DNA from: Octopus sinensis | Lineage: Eukaryota | Reading direction: 5' to 3' | NCBI RefSeq assembly: GCF_006345805.1 | Contig: NC_042998.1 | Span: 186,062,001 to 186,126,000 of the forward strand | DNA: 64,000 nt | Shown here: positions 49,727 to 63,345 of the stretch, piece by piece | How the letters are laid out: every line of letters begins with the position of its first letter | Position numbering within the stretch: position 1 is the first letter of the stretch | Program-made: the position numbers and the translations under genes | The notes under the pieces: generated by a model | Told to the model about the DNA's origin: nothing | Database searches by the model: none | Seen by the model: the letters and a program-made list of their open reading frames with translations, nothing else

Positions 49727-49734
49727 TTTTTACA

Positions 49735-49880
49735 TATATATGACAGGCTTCTTTCAGCTTGCGTCTACCAAATCCACTCAGAAGGCTTTGGTCAGCCCGA
49801 GGCTATAGTAGAAGACACTTGCCCAAGGTGCCACGCAGTGGGACTGAACTCGGAACTACTTGCCACACAGCCACTCCTAA
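49735..49880 (-). mobile_element. CORE-type SINE head, antisense
   Basis: ggctatagtagaagacacttgcccaaggtgccacgcagtgggactgaac. Confidence 0.85.
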
Positions 49881-50029
49881 AAACTAATGTTAACCTTATG
49901 ATTTCATGAAATAATTTGTTTAAAAAAAATGTATATACTATAAATACATGGAACTAGTGTCAGTGTTTGTTATCATATACTATAGCCTGGATGTATGCCT
50001 CTGTGAACGAATTCTTTCAATAGCTAACG

Positions 50030-50300
50030 TGTGTGTGTGTGTGTGTGTGATAGGCATGTGTGTACCCATCTCCAGACATTACTTGATGATTGTGAATGAG
50101 CATCATCATCATCATACAAGTGCAGTTATTCATTTCCAGTCTTTCATGAAAACATGTCTAGCCAAGGGAAAATATTATGTCTGGAGGCAGTTATGAGTCG
50201 GCAATAGGAAAGGCTTCTAGTTGTAGAAAATCTGCTTCGACAAATTCTGTCTGACCCATGTCAATATGAAAAAGAGGATGTTAAATGGTAATGATGATTC
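50030..50300 (+). mobile_element. Composite SINE 3' part with RTE-type tail
   Basis: cagttattcatttccagtc..aggaaaggcttctagttgtagaaaatctgc..gatgttaaatggtaatgatg. Confidence 0.65.
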
Positions 50301-53300
50301 TATTTGGAACAGATAACCTCCATATGCAGCTTTTTCTAGCTAAGTAGTTGATTTACCATCTGATATTTTTGTTTCTTAGCTTTGTTATCCTTTTCTTTAT
50401 TTTATTTGCTAATTTGTAGACCAAAGAGCGTTTTGTTTTTTTATACCTTCCTACTCTAAAGTTATTGAGATAATTTTAAATGGTTAATAAAGTTAATGCA
50501 CAGTTTGAATGGCAGGTTAATGGTTAGATGTAAATCATAAGAATGTTCTTGAGGAATGCAGTTCTGAAAAAAATAATATTAAACCTTTCTCCCCTTCCTG
50601 TGTCTCTCATGTCTGGACATGTGGCACAGGATGAGAAGGAAAAATGCAGGTGGGAGAGGTTGTGTCATGAAACTAAGGATAGTATCTATTCCAAGAGTAG
50701 TAAAAGTAACAGACAAGGCCATATATCTGTGGTAGGCCAGTATATGTAGAGCAGTTTGCTTTACAGTCTTGAAGCTTCTACAAACAGAGAATAATTTAAC
50801 AATATTAACACCTCATTTCCTCTCAGGTGTGCATTCTTATAATTCCACAATTTGATGTATAGACTGGAAATGTGACTTTTTCTCTTTCAAAATGAGAATC
50901 TGAGAAGCAAACATAATAAAGTGTGTAAAGAAATGAATAATTCCAGGAAACTTGAATACCATCTGGTATTTATTTGAAATCTGAGGTAGAATTTAAAATC
51001 CAAGTGAGCACACATGCTAGCTTTATATTAACAAATAAAATATAACAGTCTAGGATGAGAATTTAATTAAGATGGGCTTATCCTAATATTAATCCTCATT
51101 TGGCTATTTTATTCTTTGTTTGTTTTCTCCTACTCTAACATTCTTTACCATTTGTTTGTATTGTGTTCTATCAATAATGTATGAGACTGATTCTCTGTGG
51201 AGCTAGTTTGTTTGCTCATCTTTATTGATATTTCTCATTAACGCAGTCTCTTGAAAATGTCAGTTTACCCTGATTGGTTTTAGTTAACTATTAGATTTCT
51301 ATACTGCTATTTTAATGATGGTTGATAAACTCTGATTTAGCAAACAATATCAAACTGAAATTACTCTCCTTTTCCGCTTACCACTTGTAGTATTGACAGT
51401 GTCTAAAAGAGCTTTCTGTTCTGATTGGTGTCTCTTTATCTCATACTTATAACCTTTAGAGATGTAATTTAAACTCTGACATTCCCAGTCATTTGTTACT
51501 TGAGAAAAACTTAATGTAATAAACTAGCTTTTATTTCTTCATTTCTTTCAGTTTCAGTGTCTTTTTGACTTGTTCTTTTCATGGGGCCAGACTGCATTGG
51601 GTTGACATTTTAATCTGTTTCAAGGACCTGCCACTCTTAACTGTTATATAGTGTATATTCTGAAGCCACTGGTTTTCTTTTGTAGTGAGTGAGCAAAGTC
51701 CTTACTCTGAAAGATACAAGGTTTGTTTTAATGCTGGTATCATATTATCCATATATGTCACAAGGAGTTAAATGTTTTAAGTCGGTGCAGTAATGATCTA
51801 AGCAAGAAAAGCAGGATTAATGTGTAAAGGTGAGAAGGTTAAACAAAGTAGTTTTCTTCTTTATTAAGGGGTCCCTATTTACTTCATATGTTTCATAGTC
51901 TTCATAAATTAAACAATTTTACATTGTTTTCATTTATTTAATTAGAAAATAAATTCCAGCATTTCATGATAATATAAATCCTTCCACTTTTTATTTAAAG
52001 CAGTCTTCTCTATTTTTTGAGTTATTTCTCATGTCAACAATGGTTAATACCTTATTGTGTTAATGCTATTTCCTGTCTTTGAATTTAATAATCACAAGCA
52101 GTAGTATCATACTCCCAAACAACAAATGCCATACCTAACTGTCCTTCCAAAAATGTGGATAATTAAGAAATGTCACTTGCTTTAATCATCTCAGTACATA
52201 AGTAATGTTTGAAAGATAAATATTGAATTAATACTATTGAATACTTAGTGGGGTGTTGTGCAGATATTAAGAAGAATGTAGATGCAAACATCATTATAGC
52301 AACAAGTATGTCTAGGAAGAATTATGCAGTTAGATGTTTAGGGGTATGATAGAGTTCAATGTACTTCTGAAAGTATCAAAGAATAAGAAACAGCATAAAG
52401 TGTTCATAGTTGCAAAGTAGTTCATGAGAGCCAAGGTATTATTGACAATAAAGCAGGTTTTTAAAAAAAAGAACAGGTGTGCTGCTCTTTTTGTGACATC
52501 ACAAAAGAGGACATATAGGAGTGTTCATTACAAACAATGGTTAAACAGTAATTTTGTTTGACTAGATACATGGTTACAACAGCTGAATAATGAATTTTCT
52601 CATTAGAAAAATAGCCAATGTTATAACAAAATATTTTGTAGCTGAGAGTATTTACCATATTGTTACTTATATTAATTACAAAGGACTGAAAGTTGATTAA
52701 AATTTTTTTAGGTCAGAGACTATATTTAGCATAGTCTATCACCTTGACCCTGTTGAGTAATGATTATAAATGTGATGAGGTAAGGTTTGAAACCTAACCG
52801 TTTATATCAGAGAAACAGTAATAAAAAAATTCAGCAATAAATGACAGTGTTTTTAGTATTAAAATCATTCCAAATGTTTGCTTCATTATGAATAGTACTT
52901 GGTATTATATACCCAGGTTATTGAACTAGACTATATACACATTTGGTTGTCTTGCTTGGAATGGAAGTACAAATGACACGATCAGAATATCTATATACTT
53001 CTAAAACTCTGTGATTGTTTGTTTGCTTGTGTCCTTGCTTGCATACGTGCTGATCTGTAATTAGATACAGCCCAGCTGGCACATAATGGGAAAATACTCT
53101 GAAAGTAAGGTACCCCTGAAATGTGAATACAAATGGAATAAAACAAGTTTTGCATAAACTGGACCACGGATTCCCGAGATATGTGGTTTTTGGGGTTTGT
53201 TTCCACAAATTTAAGCAGTGAAACCTGGAGTTATTGCTCTTTGCTGTGAACACCTTTATAAATAGCCAAACCAGAACATAATGGGAAAATACTCTGAAAA

Positions 53301-54699
53301 TAAGGTACCATCAAAATGTGCAAACAAGTTTTGCATAAATCAGACCACAGGTTCCTGAGATACATGGTCATGGGTAGTCTAGTAAGAAATATAATTCTTG
53401 TTTAGATAAACTATAATTGAGATTGTGTTCTGCCTTTTATATCTGAAAATGTGTGCAGATGAGCATGTGTGGTAAATGGTGTAGATGTTACTTAATGGTA
53501 AATAATTTTATCAGAAAGGCTTTGGCACTTTAATGATATTCTGTTCAAAGAAGGATTCCATTAATACTTAATTTAAAAGATACAATGAGTGATGCTGAAT
53601 TTAGAAGTGGCTTCTTCGAAAGGTTTATAGCATTCTTAGGTTCAATAAGTTGGGTTTTTTCTGAATGCAGGAATATCTTTCAAAGGATTAACACTAATAG
53701 ATTTTGATTAATTTTTGAGTATTTTTATCAACACTGTGTTAGTGTTATTTATTTATTTATTGTAAACTTGTAAACATATCAATCTTTACAGGCAAGAAAA
53801 CTCTAGTAAAATTGATTTGGGAAAACGTTACAAAAGATCCTTAACATTTTGAATCCAACTGCATTTCTTTCAAATGAATACTGTTTTTAAAATATTTAAG
53901 TCTTTTATTTATATTTACAACTGTTTTCTTTTGTGTAGATTAGGATAATGTAGACTCTATTTTGGAAACCAAGTGAAGTTTTTCGTTTTTGCAGCTACCA
54001 ATAGAAAGCCTTTCTTTAACAGTATCAAAAAGCTTTAATGCTATCAAGAAATCTTTGAGTATTTACATCTACAGCAGAGTACTGTATTTTCTCAGTAATC
54101 CACAAAGCCACCCTGTTAAATCAAGGTTGGCTGTGACCATCCTTCTTGTGTGTAGTAACCATCCTATTTACCAATTAGCTGAGAATGAATTTTTATTTTG
54201 CTCTTATCTTTTGCCTTTCTTTCAAATGCCTGTACCATGATAAAACATCACCGATTCTCTTACCAGTTTACTAATCACTATCTTCCTGCTTGATTCTGAT
54301 GCCAGATAGTAACTGCAGATTTTACTTCCTGCTTAGATTCAACATGACTCACACAGAGCACTATTTACTTCTATGAAAGACTGTCTGAATTGGTAGTATT
54401 ACCTATGCTTACTCTTAGTAACTGAAGTAAGATAAGTAATGCCGCCACATTATAAGGCTTGTAGTAAGGTTCAGATCTTGTGCTTAGCAGTCTAGTATCT
54501 AAATTCACATTCAAATTTTACCACAATATTCCAAGCATGTGTTAATATAACATCTTGGTTGTATTTGGGTGTTTTGTTCACTTGAAAATTTTCACAAGGC
54601 AAGGCATAGTTAAGAGACTAAGCAGTCATATCTGCATTTCATTTTCTTAATTTAAATATATTTCTTATATTCTACATAGTTGTACTCACTTTGGGAATC

Positions 54700-54910
54700 T
54701 GTGATTATCTACATGCCTGTATGTCCGCTTGCATCTGCATTTCATGGTGGCATGAGTTGGATTGGCCATCATGGTTTGCATCATTTCTTATTGGGAGCCA
54801 TTGCTCTCATAGACTGGTGCTTGTATGTGCACCATTTGACTTGATTTCTACAGCTAGATGCCCTTTCTGCCAACCATTTTACAGAGTATACTGGACATAT
54901 TTTTTATATT
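54700..54910 (-). mobile_element. Degenerate RTE-tail repeat, antisense
   Basis: ttctacagctagatgccctttctgccaacc. Confidence 0.55.
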
Positions 54911-55141
54911 GCTAGTGCTGGAAAGGTATTCTCACTCACCAATCACACACACACACACACACACACATGATTGAGGAGAAAATTAAAATAAACACAAATA
55001 TAGATTAGTTCCTATATACGTTTCACCACTGGAGTTATTTGGTACTCATCATTGGATGTTCCAAGTGTATTTGGATGCCTAACTGCAATGGGTCATCAAG
55101 GGAAGACTTTATTGCATTCTGTTACAGAAATCTTAAATCTG

Positions 55142-55178
<37 letters not shown>

Positions 55179-56747
55179 TAATGCCACATGAAATCTTAAA
55201 GTCAGTGTTTAATTCTGGATTTAAGCAAATAGAATTCAAGTTTTCTTTTCATTTTGAGGAACATATATTTTTAGACAATTTGCTACCTATTTCCTTACAT
55301 ATTAGTGAACTTATGATATATAAGCTAGCAATTCAATACTCTAACCACATGGCCATTTACCTTTTCTGCACAAACAACATATACAAATCTTTATATTAAT
55401 AGTTGAAGTTTTTTTTATATCAACTAAGTGATAGACATATGTAAACAAACATGATATGAATTGGAAGATAGTATACCCAACAAGAGAAATTAAACCATAT
55501 ACATACCAACCACCAACATTTATTTTGTGGATATGTTTGAAGAACAGGGCTGGCTGAAGGCACCAACAAGTTAGTTGCTTGGAATCTTGTATTTGGAATC
55601 CTCAATGTAAAGACAAAAATTAGCATTATGGATAGAATAAATACTTTTTTTTTCTCCCTGTATTCAATAAATTGTAATAAACAATTTATTCCTATATTTA
55701 CAAGTTTTACTCCTTGGGAAAATTTAGGAAAAATTATTTGTAAGAACACTGAAATTCATCTTGCTTGAGGCATCAGCACCTCTAATGCTGGTCCTATGGA
55801 GGAAACATCACATGAACCTCAGGTCAGCTATAATCAAACAGATTAATGATTAAAGGCCTCTCAGCTATGATTATTCTTATCTTTTTACTTGAAGCTTAAT
55901 GTGTATAGGATACATATTTAATGTTCTGTTCCCACTTCTTTTAAAGCAGTCAAATTTGAGGGAGATTTGGCTGCTATTTGTAGAAGTTTGAGTGACAATA
56001 TAAAAGCTGTCTTTTCTCATCATTTCTACCAGTTACCCTCCTACTTGAAGTGGTAGTGGGAATGTTAGATGCACCAAGTGAAAATAAGTGGGAATAATGT
56101 AAAGTTTAACAGAAGCCATTATACTTGATCAAAGAGACTTAGAGAAGATGAAACTGTATAGTAGGCTGACCATGGATTGTAACATGCTTGTGCATTCTGT
56201 ATAATGGTGGACGGTTTTTCTTTGGATCATTTTTCATTGCAAATATAGGTGGGACCATTAGTAAGAAATTGAAATGTGATACTGCCACATGAAATTGTAT
56301 ATACTATATAAATGATATGAAGCTTAAAATCAAACAATAGACAGTTGTGACAAATGTCAGAAATAGTTTATAAGAAAACTATAAAGTAGGTTAAAATGGA
56401 AAATTGAGTCAGTTTGTAAAATCCCATAAGCATTTCATATTATTGTTCATTTGTTTTAATTCCCTTTTAAGAGCTTCTTTGTGAATGATCTAAACATCTA
56501 TGCTCAAAATATTTGCAACAACAAGAAACAGTGAGATTTAGTGACAACTGTTACTACTGGTATAAAGATATAATTTGGCCCAAAGAAACTATTCCTGCAA
56601 AAAGTGAACCTCTGTCTTTCCTGTTCCACCCAATGAATGCTACAAACACCTATGTATCAATCAAAATAATCACACAAAGGTGCTGTGAGCAAAGAGTAAC
56701 CAATGGATTTTGCTTTGAGTAAAGAGTAAACAAGGATATCGACACAC

Positions 56748-57215
56748 CATCATCATCATCATCATCATCGTTCAACGTCCGCTTTCCATGCTAGTATGGG
56801 TTGGGCGATTTTGACTGAGGGCTGGCGAACCAGATGGCTGCACCAGGCTCCAATCTTGATTTGGCAGAGTTTCTACAGCTGGATGCCCTTCCTAACGGCA
56901 ACCACTCCAAGAGTGTAGTGGGTGCTTTTTACATGCCACTGGCACGGGGGCCAGTCAGCAGTACTGGCAACGACCTCGCTCGAATCTTTTTACACATGCC
57001 ACCAGCACAGGTTCCAGTAAGGCAACGTTGATAATGATCACGCTCGAATGGCGCCCTTTTACGTGCCACTGGCACGGAAGCCAGTTGGCAGCTCTGGCAA
57101 CGATCATGCTCGGATGGTGCTCTTGGCACCCTACTAGCATGGACACAAGTGCCAGTAAGGCGATGCTGGTAATGATCATGCTCGAATGGTGCCTTTTAGG
57201 TGCCACTGGCATGGT
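56748..57215 (-). mobile_element. RTE 3' UTR copy with tandem array, nested in the R4/Dong element
   Basis: (cat)n-cgttcaacgtccgctttccatgc followed by about five tandem units. Confidence 0.9.
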
Positions 57216-57719
57216 AATCAGAGGTTTCCTTTTACTACTGGTCAATATCTCATTTTTAGTACCAGTACTGATACCAACATTTGGGATACTCAACTGGTCT
57301 GCTGAAGAAATCTGCTCTATAGACATTATAACCTACAAGATCCTGACACCAATTGCAAACATCCACAAAACAGTGATATTGACAGACTCTATCTAAAAAG
57401 AAAAGAGAGTGGAAAAGGCCTAAGTTTAGTGCAGAGAGCCTTTGAGTGCTGCATGATATTGTTCAAATAGTATCTTCTAAATAACAGCAACAAAAATAAA
57501 TGCATCAAGAAACAAAGTGAATAATATCTTGCAGATTGGTTGTAAAGATCTTGAGAAGCATTCACATCCTCTTAACCTCCCATGTAAACTCAGAACCACA
57601 GGACTAGCATATTTCAGCAGAGATTTGGAAAAGAAACACTGTCAACCTCTAAAAAAATAGTGGTGCATGGGTATGTTTCCTATGAACTTGAGGAGAATGA
57701 TATTGATTTCAGATTTTCG

Positions 57720-58030
57720 CACTCAGCCAGTAATTTGGGAGGAGGGATAAGTTGATTACATCAACTCCAGTGCTCCACAGGTACTGATTTTATTGACCCC
57801 AAAAGGATGAAAGTCAAAGTCAACTTTGCCGGAATTTGAACACAGAATATAAAGATAGATGAAATGCAGAAGAGGATGATTATATTAGTTTCAAATTTTT
57901 GGCACAAGGACAGCAATTTCAGGGGAGGAAATAAGTCAATTACATCGATTTCAGCATCAACTAGTACTTATTTTATCGACCCTGAAAGGATGAAAGGCAA
58001 AGTAGACCTCAGTGCAGTTTGAACTCAGGA
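57720..58030 (-). mobile_element. Two antisense tRNA SINEs nested in the R4/Dong element
   Basis: aaaggatgaaagtcaaagtc and gaaaggatgaaaggcaaagtagacctc cores. Confidence 0.75.
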
Positions 58031-58859
58031 GGATGATAATATAAACATGAAGTATAGATTATCTTGGACATTGTATCAGAGCTTGAAGGTTATGCTTTAC
58101 AATCTAAGAACAGGAGATAGCTACAAAATATCTAATGAACAAACGAGACAATGAAACTCTTAAACATAGAGCTTCATGTTACAGCTGTAAATGTCAACTA
58201 TGCAAATTTTCTGTGGAAGATAAAACTCATGCAATCAGCAGCTGCCCAAAAATGTCATTGAGGTAATATTTGCCATTACAAGATGATGCTATTGCTGAAA
58301 CAATATACAATGCCACCTGCAGGAATGACTGCCCTTGGGTAAATATTAACAGCACATGTATCCATATCAACACAACGAATATTCCTATCAACTCTGCTGC
58401 CAGGTGCAAACACAAGACACCTGATATAGTTATTTGCAAACAAAAGTTAGGTTTAGTCATAGAGGTTAGCTGCCCTGTAGATGCAAACATTTCTTCCAGA
58501 TTCAGCGAGAAGGAGAATATCTATGATAATTATCTCAAAACCTAGGGTGCTTCTACTCAGATTACAAATGCACCTTTATCCCAATGATTATTGGTTCACT
58601 TGATTACGTTAGTAAATGTCTTAAGTGATAATCTGGAAAAGTTAGGATTTTAAGGCAAAGAAAGATGCTGGCTAACAAGCACTTTACAAATACAGTATGT
58701 GAGTGGAACCAAAAAAATGTACAAGACTTTCCTAAAGTTCAGTTTGTAGTACTTATCATTGTTGTTATCAAAATATAAGCAATGGAACTTTATTTCTTTG
58801 TGAGGAATTCTTCCTTTTAGAAATAATTGTAATAAATAGAAAAGGAAAGGAAATATCAT

Positions 58860-59290
58860 TGTCATCATCATCGTTTTTCTAATGTCCACTTTTCCACACT
58901 TACTTGGATTAAATGGAATTTGTTGAGGGGAACTTTCTATGGCTGGATGCCCTTCTTGTCACCAACCCTTTCTCTTTTCCAAGTAAGTTAATATTTCCCC
59001 ATGGTCAGGATTATTTTCACGGAAGATCGGAAATGAGTGACACTGTTTGTATGACACTAACACTCATTCGACATCAATCACACAATGACAAGACAACAAG
59101 ACATTAAACTACAAGAAAATCACACACATGCATGAGTACACACATGCGTACACACAGTGGGCTTCTTTCAGTTTCTGTTCACCAATTCCATTCATAAGGC
59201 TTTGGTCGGCCTGCAGCTATATCAGAAGACATCCATGAAGCCCCACAGTGGTATCAAACCCAATGTCATGTGATGGGGAAGCAAATTCCC
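58860..59290 (-). mobile_element. CORE-head/RTE-tail composite SINE, antisense
   Basis: catcatcgtttttctaatgtccac..ctggatgcccttcttgtcaccaacc..ggcttctttcagtttc. Confidence 0.7.
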
Positions 59291-59959
59291 AGCTCCACTG
59301 GGAGGGCTTAATGTATGTTTGTGTGTGTATTATACACACATACACACCTAGATTTATATAGGTGTGTATGTTGAAGAATATATTGATAGGTGGGGTGTGA
59401 ATGATTAATATAATGTAAGAACTAAAAATTGTATTTGATTTAAATTATAATTTGGTAAAAAGGATGATAATTCTGGACATATTCCGTTATTATTAAACTT
59501 CTTCATCAAAGAATAGTCTTATTTTACATATCAGATCTAAGATGACGTGGGAGGATAATAACAATTTTCATTTAATTAACATTCATTGAAGTGGCAACAT
59601 AAAATAGTGATGGGTGTAATTTAAATTAAAAATTATTTATTTATTTTTGTTTCACTACATTTTGTGTGTCAGTTCACACTTAGCTATGTGTATATACTAA
59701 CTTTTTTGTAATGAGAATTCTCAGTAAATTAAAAGAGTATTTCAGATATAATGTTCATCCAATATAAATCATGTTACTTTTAAATTGATTAGTTTCACTT
59801 GACCTAACAGCCTCCCTCAACAACCATTTCTGATTTGTTTCATCTTGTTTGAGAAGGTTTATAAGATTTTTGTTTCAGTTTTTTTAAAAATAATCTATGT
59901 GGATGTTTTCTTGATTGTGACTTGAATTTGTCTTTATTTATCATCATTTTCTAAATACA

Positions 59960-60180
59960 AAGATGGTGTATTGCCAGGATCAGTAGAACGTCTAATGAAA
60001 TGCCTAGTGGTATTTCTTTCTGCTTTTTATATATTCTGAGTTCAAATCCTATTGAGGTCAACTTTGCCTTTCATCTTTTCAGGGTCATTAAAATAAAGTA
60101 ACAGTCAAGTACTGGGGTTAATGTAATTGACTAATCCTCCCTCACATCACCAATTGCTGACCTTGTGTCTAGAAACAATT
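59960..60180 (+). mobile_element. tRNA SINE (gcctttcatc family)
   Basis: gagttcaaatcc..tgcctttcatcttttcagggtc. Confidence 0.7.
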
Positions 60181-60454
60181 ATTTTCTCTCTCTTTTTTTT
60201 TTCTTTTACAAATTATGATTTAAAATATTCAGTTTTAGATATTTCTGTTATGCTAATAGATTAAGAAAATATTAAATAATTAAACAAAACAATTTCAGTA
60301 ACAAATAGTTTATCGTACGCATTTGCATATGAAGTGAAACAATTCCAACCACAATTTTGAATTAATTTAAATTATGTTCAAAAAATAACAAAACAAAAAA
60401 CACTATAAAGAAAAGTAACATATTCAAAATTATGCTAGCTTTTTGCAACATATA

Positions 60455-60855
60455 TACGGGTGCACGAGTGGTTGTGTCGTAAGAAGCTTGCTTCCCAACC
60501 ACATGGTTCTGTGTTCTGGGTTCAGTCCCACTGCATGGCACCTTGGGCAAGTGTCTTCTATTATAGCCTTATGTGCACCATCTAAAACTTTGTGAGTGAA
60601 TTTGGTAGACAAAAACTGAAAGAAGCCCGTCATATATATGTACATATATGTATTTATTTGTGTGTCTGTATTTGTCCCCTCATCATCGCTTGACAACCGA
60701 CGTTGGTCTCTTTACATCCCCGTACCTTAGCGGTTTGGCAAAAGAGATAGAATAAGTACTAGGCTTACAAAGAATAAGTCCTGGAGTTGATTTGTTTGAC
60801 TAAAGGTGGTGCTTCAGCATGGCCACCGTCAAATGACTGAAACAAGTAAAGGAGA
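60455..60855 (+). mobile_element. CORE-type tRNA SINE, near full length
   Basis: gtggttgtgtcgtaagaagcttgcttcccaacc..ggcaccttgggcaagtgtcttc..gactgaaacaagtaaag. Confidence 0.9.
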
Positions 60856-60859
60856 CCTA

Positions 60860-61742
60860 TTAAGTCAAGTGCATCAACACCAACATCAAAATAAAAATCA
60901 AATGGAAATTGTAGTTAAGTTACCCGTGTCGGTGACACGTAAAAAGCACCGTCCGAATGTGGCAGATGCCAGCACCGCCTGACTGGCATCCATGTTGGTG
61001 ACACGTAAAAACACCAACCGATCGTGGCCGTTTGCCAGCCTCTGCTGGCTTCTGTGCTGGTGGCATGTAAAAAGCACCCACTACACTCAGGGAGTGGTTG
61101 GCATTATGAAGGGCATCCAGCTGTAGAAACACTGCTGGATCAGATTGGAACCTAGTGCGGCCTCCTGGCTTCCCAAACCTCGGTTGAACCGTCCAACCCA
61201 TGCTAGCATGGAAAACAGACGTTAAATGATGATGATGATGATGATGATATATTGAGTGAAATTGTAGTTATGGTTGATATCAGTGCCATCTAACTGGCAC
61301 CCGTGTCGGTGGCATGTAAAAAGCACCTTCTAAGTATTGGGCCTCATGGAGGCAGTCACAGGTGGCTAAGACCCCTGGCGAAATATTGTGCTCATGTTGA
61401 CCTGTCAAACCAAGTGAGACCATAGTTGTAGCTGATGCCAGTGTCTGGTCAATGGCACCCATGGCAGTGGCACATAAAAAGCACTCCTACACTGGTTGGT
61501 GTTAGGAAGGGCATCCAGCCATAGATACCTTGCCAAATCAGACAGGAACTTGGTACTACCCCTTGGCTTACCAGTTTTTAGTCAAACCATCCAACCCATG
61601 CCAGCATAGAAAGTGGACATTAAATGATGATAATGATGATGATGATGATGATGATATAGGTTTCAGACTATATAAAATGGCCTCAACAAATTCTGTCTAA
61701 CCCATGCATGCATGAAAGAGTGGACATTAAAATGATGATGAT
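60860..61742 (+). mobile_element. Three consecutive RTE-type tails (60860-61228, 61260-61652, 61680-61742)
   Basis: Each ends ..gac(g/a)ttaaa(a)tgatgat; the first two share the ggaaattgtagtt-type leader. Confidence 0.85.
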
Positions 61743-62959
61743 GTAGCTAGTTCATGAATTTACAAAAAATAAACATATTGTCCATTACTTTAGCTAATCC
61801 TCAGAGTTGAAAGCTTGAAGAATATGTTTAAATAAATCTTATCTCCTCTAAATATATTTCCAAACCATTCACCGGAGATCTGATAATTTCATCATGTTTC
61901 TGCAAAGTAATTTTATCCTCTCTGTCAGCAGGAAGTAGGCTGCTCACTCTATAAACAGTTCATTTCTCTAAAAGCTTTCTTATGGTTTCTTCTTGATTGC
62001 TAATTGCTTCAATGAGATAGCCTGATATTCCTTGCTGTTCATTCTCAGTTCTGTGGTTGTTTCATACAAATTATTTCATTTATTTAATTTGCATTTTACT
62101 ATCATTCATGACATTAATTTTCACTTTCTTTTTCCCCCTATTCAAAACATGAATCCAACACAGTATTACATGTCGACTGGTGAAATTTAAGCAATTCTGC
62201 AGTTATGAAATTAAATTGCAATTTATTGGATGCTATGTACTAATTTTGTATGTGTATACATACACACCTGGGCAAGTGTCTCTGCTATAGACCCTGGCTG
62301 ACCAAAGCCTTGTGAGTGAATTTGGTTGATAAAAACTGAAAGAAGTCGATTGTGTGTGTGTGTGTGTAAAGGAGAACACAAGTGGGGTTCAAAATTCACA
62401 ACAGCTGTTTCGGCAGAATTTTATTGATGCATTCTTAGATTACATCAGGGCAAAAAAAAACATTCTCAGGTAAATTTTAAATATACAAATAGGTAAGACA
62501 GGAGTAGGCGATCAGTTTGCCAACAACCATGGTAAAACAAGTGAAATTTTGAGAATGTACTGTAGAATTTATCAGGAAATTGAGTCAGATAGATAGAGGG
62601 CAACTAGTTCAAAACTTTTTATTTTTAAGTTGCTATCTTAATTAGTTTATAGCTAGTGGTCAAGGATCATTCATGGTCATATAAAATAAAGATAAATTTA
62701 AAAAATGTCTATTCAAGAAATAATACAGATAAGACACCATACCAGAAGGTTAAGGAGGCATGGATTGTCGCCAATCCTCCTGTCCTAGAACACACTCTTA
62801 TTCTTATGCATATCACATGCTTAGATATTTTCACTAAGTCATATATCCAAACACATACACACACATACATTAGTATGTATATTCACACACATATTTATAT
62901 TTACACACTAACATGCACATACATTTATATGCACCCACATAAACATACACACACACACA

Positions 62960-63300
62960 CATCATCATCATCATCGTTTAACGTCTGTTTTCTGTGCTAG
63001 CATGGGTTGTACGGTTTGACCAGGGTCTGGGAAGCTAGGAGGCTGCACCAGGCTCCAGTCTGATCTGGCAATGTTTCTACAGCTGGATGCCCTTCCTAAC
63101 ACCAACCACTTCGTGAGTGTAGTAGGTGCTTTTTATGTGCCAGGGGAGGCTGGCAGCGGCCACGATCGGTTGGTGCTTTTTACGTGCCACTGGCACAGAA
63201 GCCAGTCAAGGCGGTGCTGGCATCGGCCACGTTTGGATGGTGCTTTTTACGTGCCACTGGCACAGGTATCACAACTACAATTTCTATTTGATATTTATTT
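62960..63300 (-). mobile_element. RTE-type 3' UTR copy with the alternative leader, antisense
   Basis: (cat)n-cgtttaacgtctgttttc..ggtatcacaactacaatttctatttgatattt. Confidence 0.9.
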
Positions 63301-63345
63301 TGATATTTAAAACAAATAATAGAAATGGAAAATGTAATGCATAGG

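Larger units (their letters stand above)
56470..58730 (+). mobile_element. R4/Dong-clade non-LTR retrotransposon (restriction-like endonuclease), 3' half, interrupted by younger insertions
   Basis: Pseudo-translation in order: FFVNDLNIYA (FVDD catalytic motif, decayed), FGPK, PPNECYKHL, LVPVLIPTFGILNWSAEEI, SDIDRLYLKRKESGKGL, CQLCKFSVEDKTHAISSCPKM (CCHC), CKHKTPDIVI..VIEVSCPVDANISSRFSEKENIY (PD..E..K RLE), FIPMIIGSL, ending KTFLKFSL*. Confidence 0.9.
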
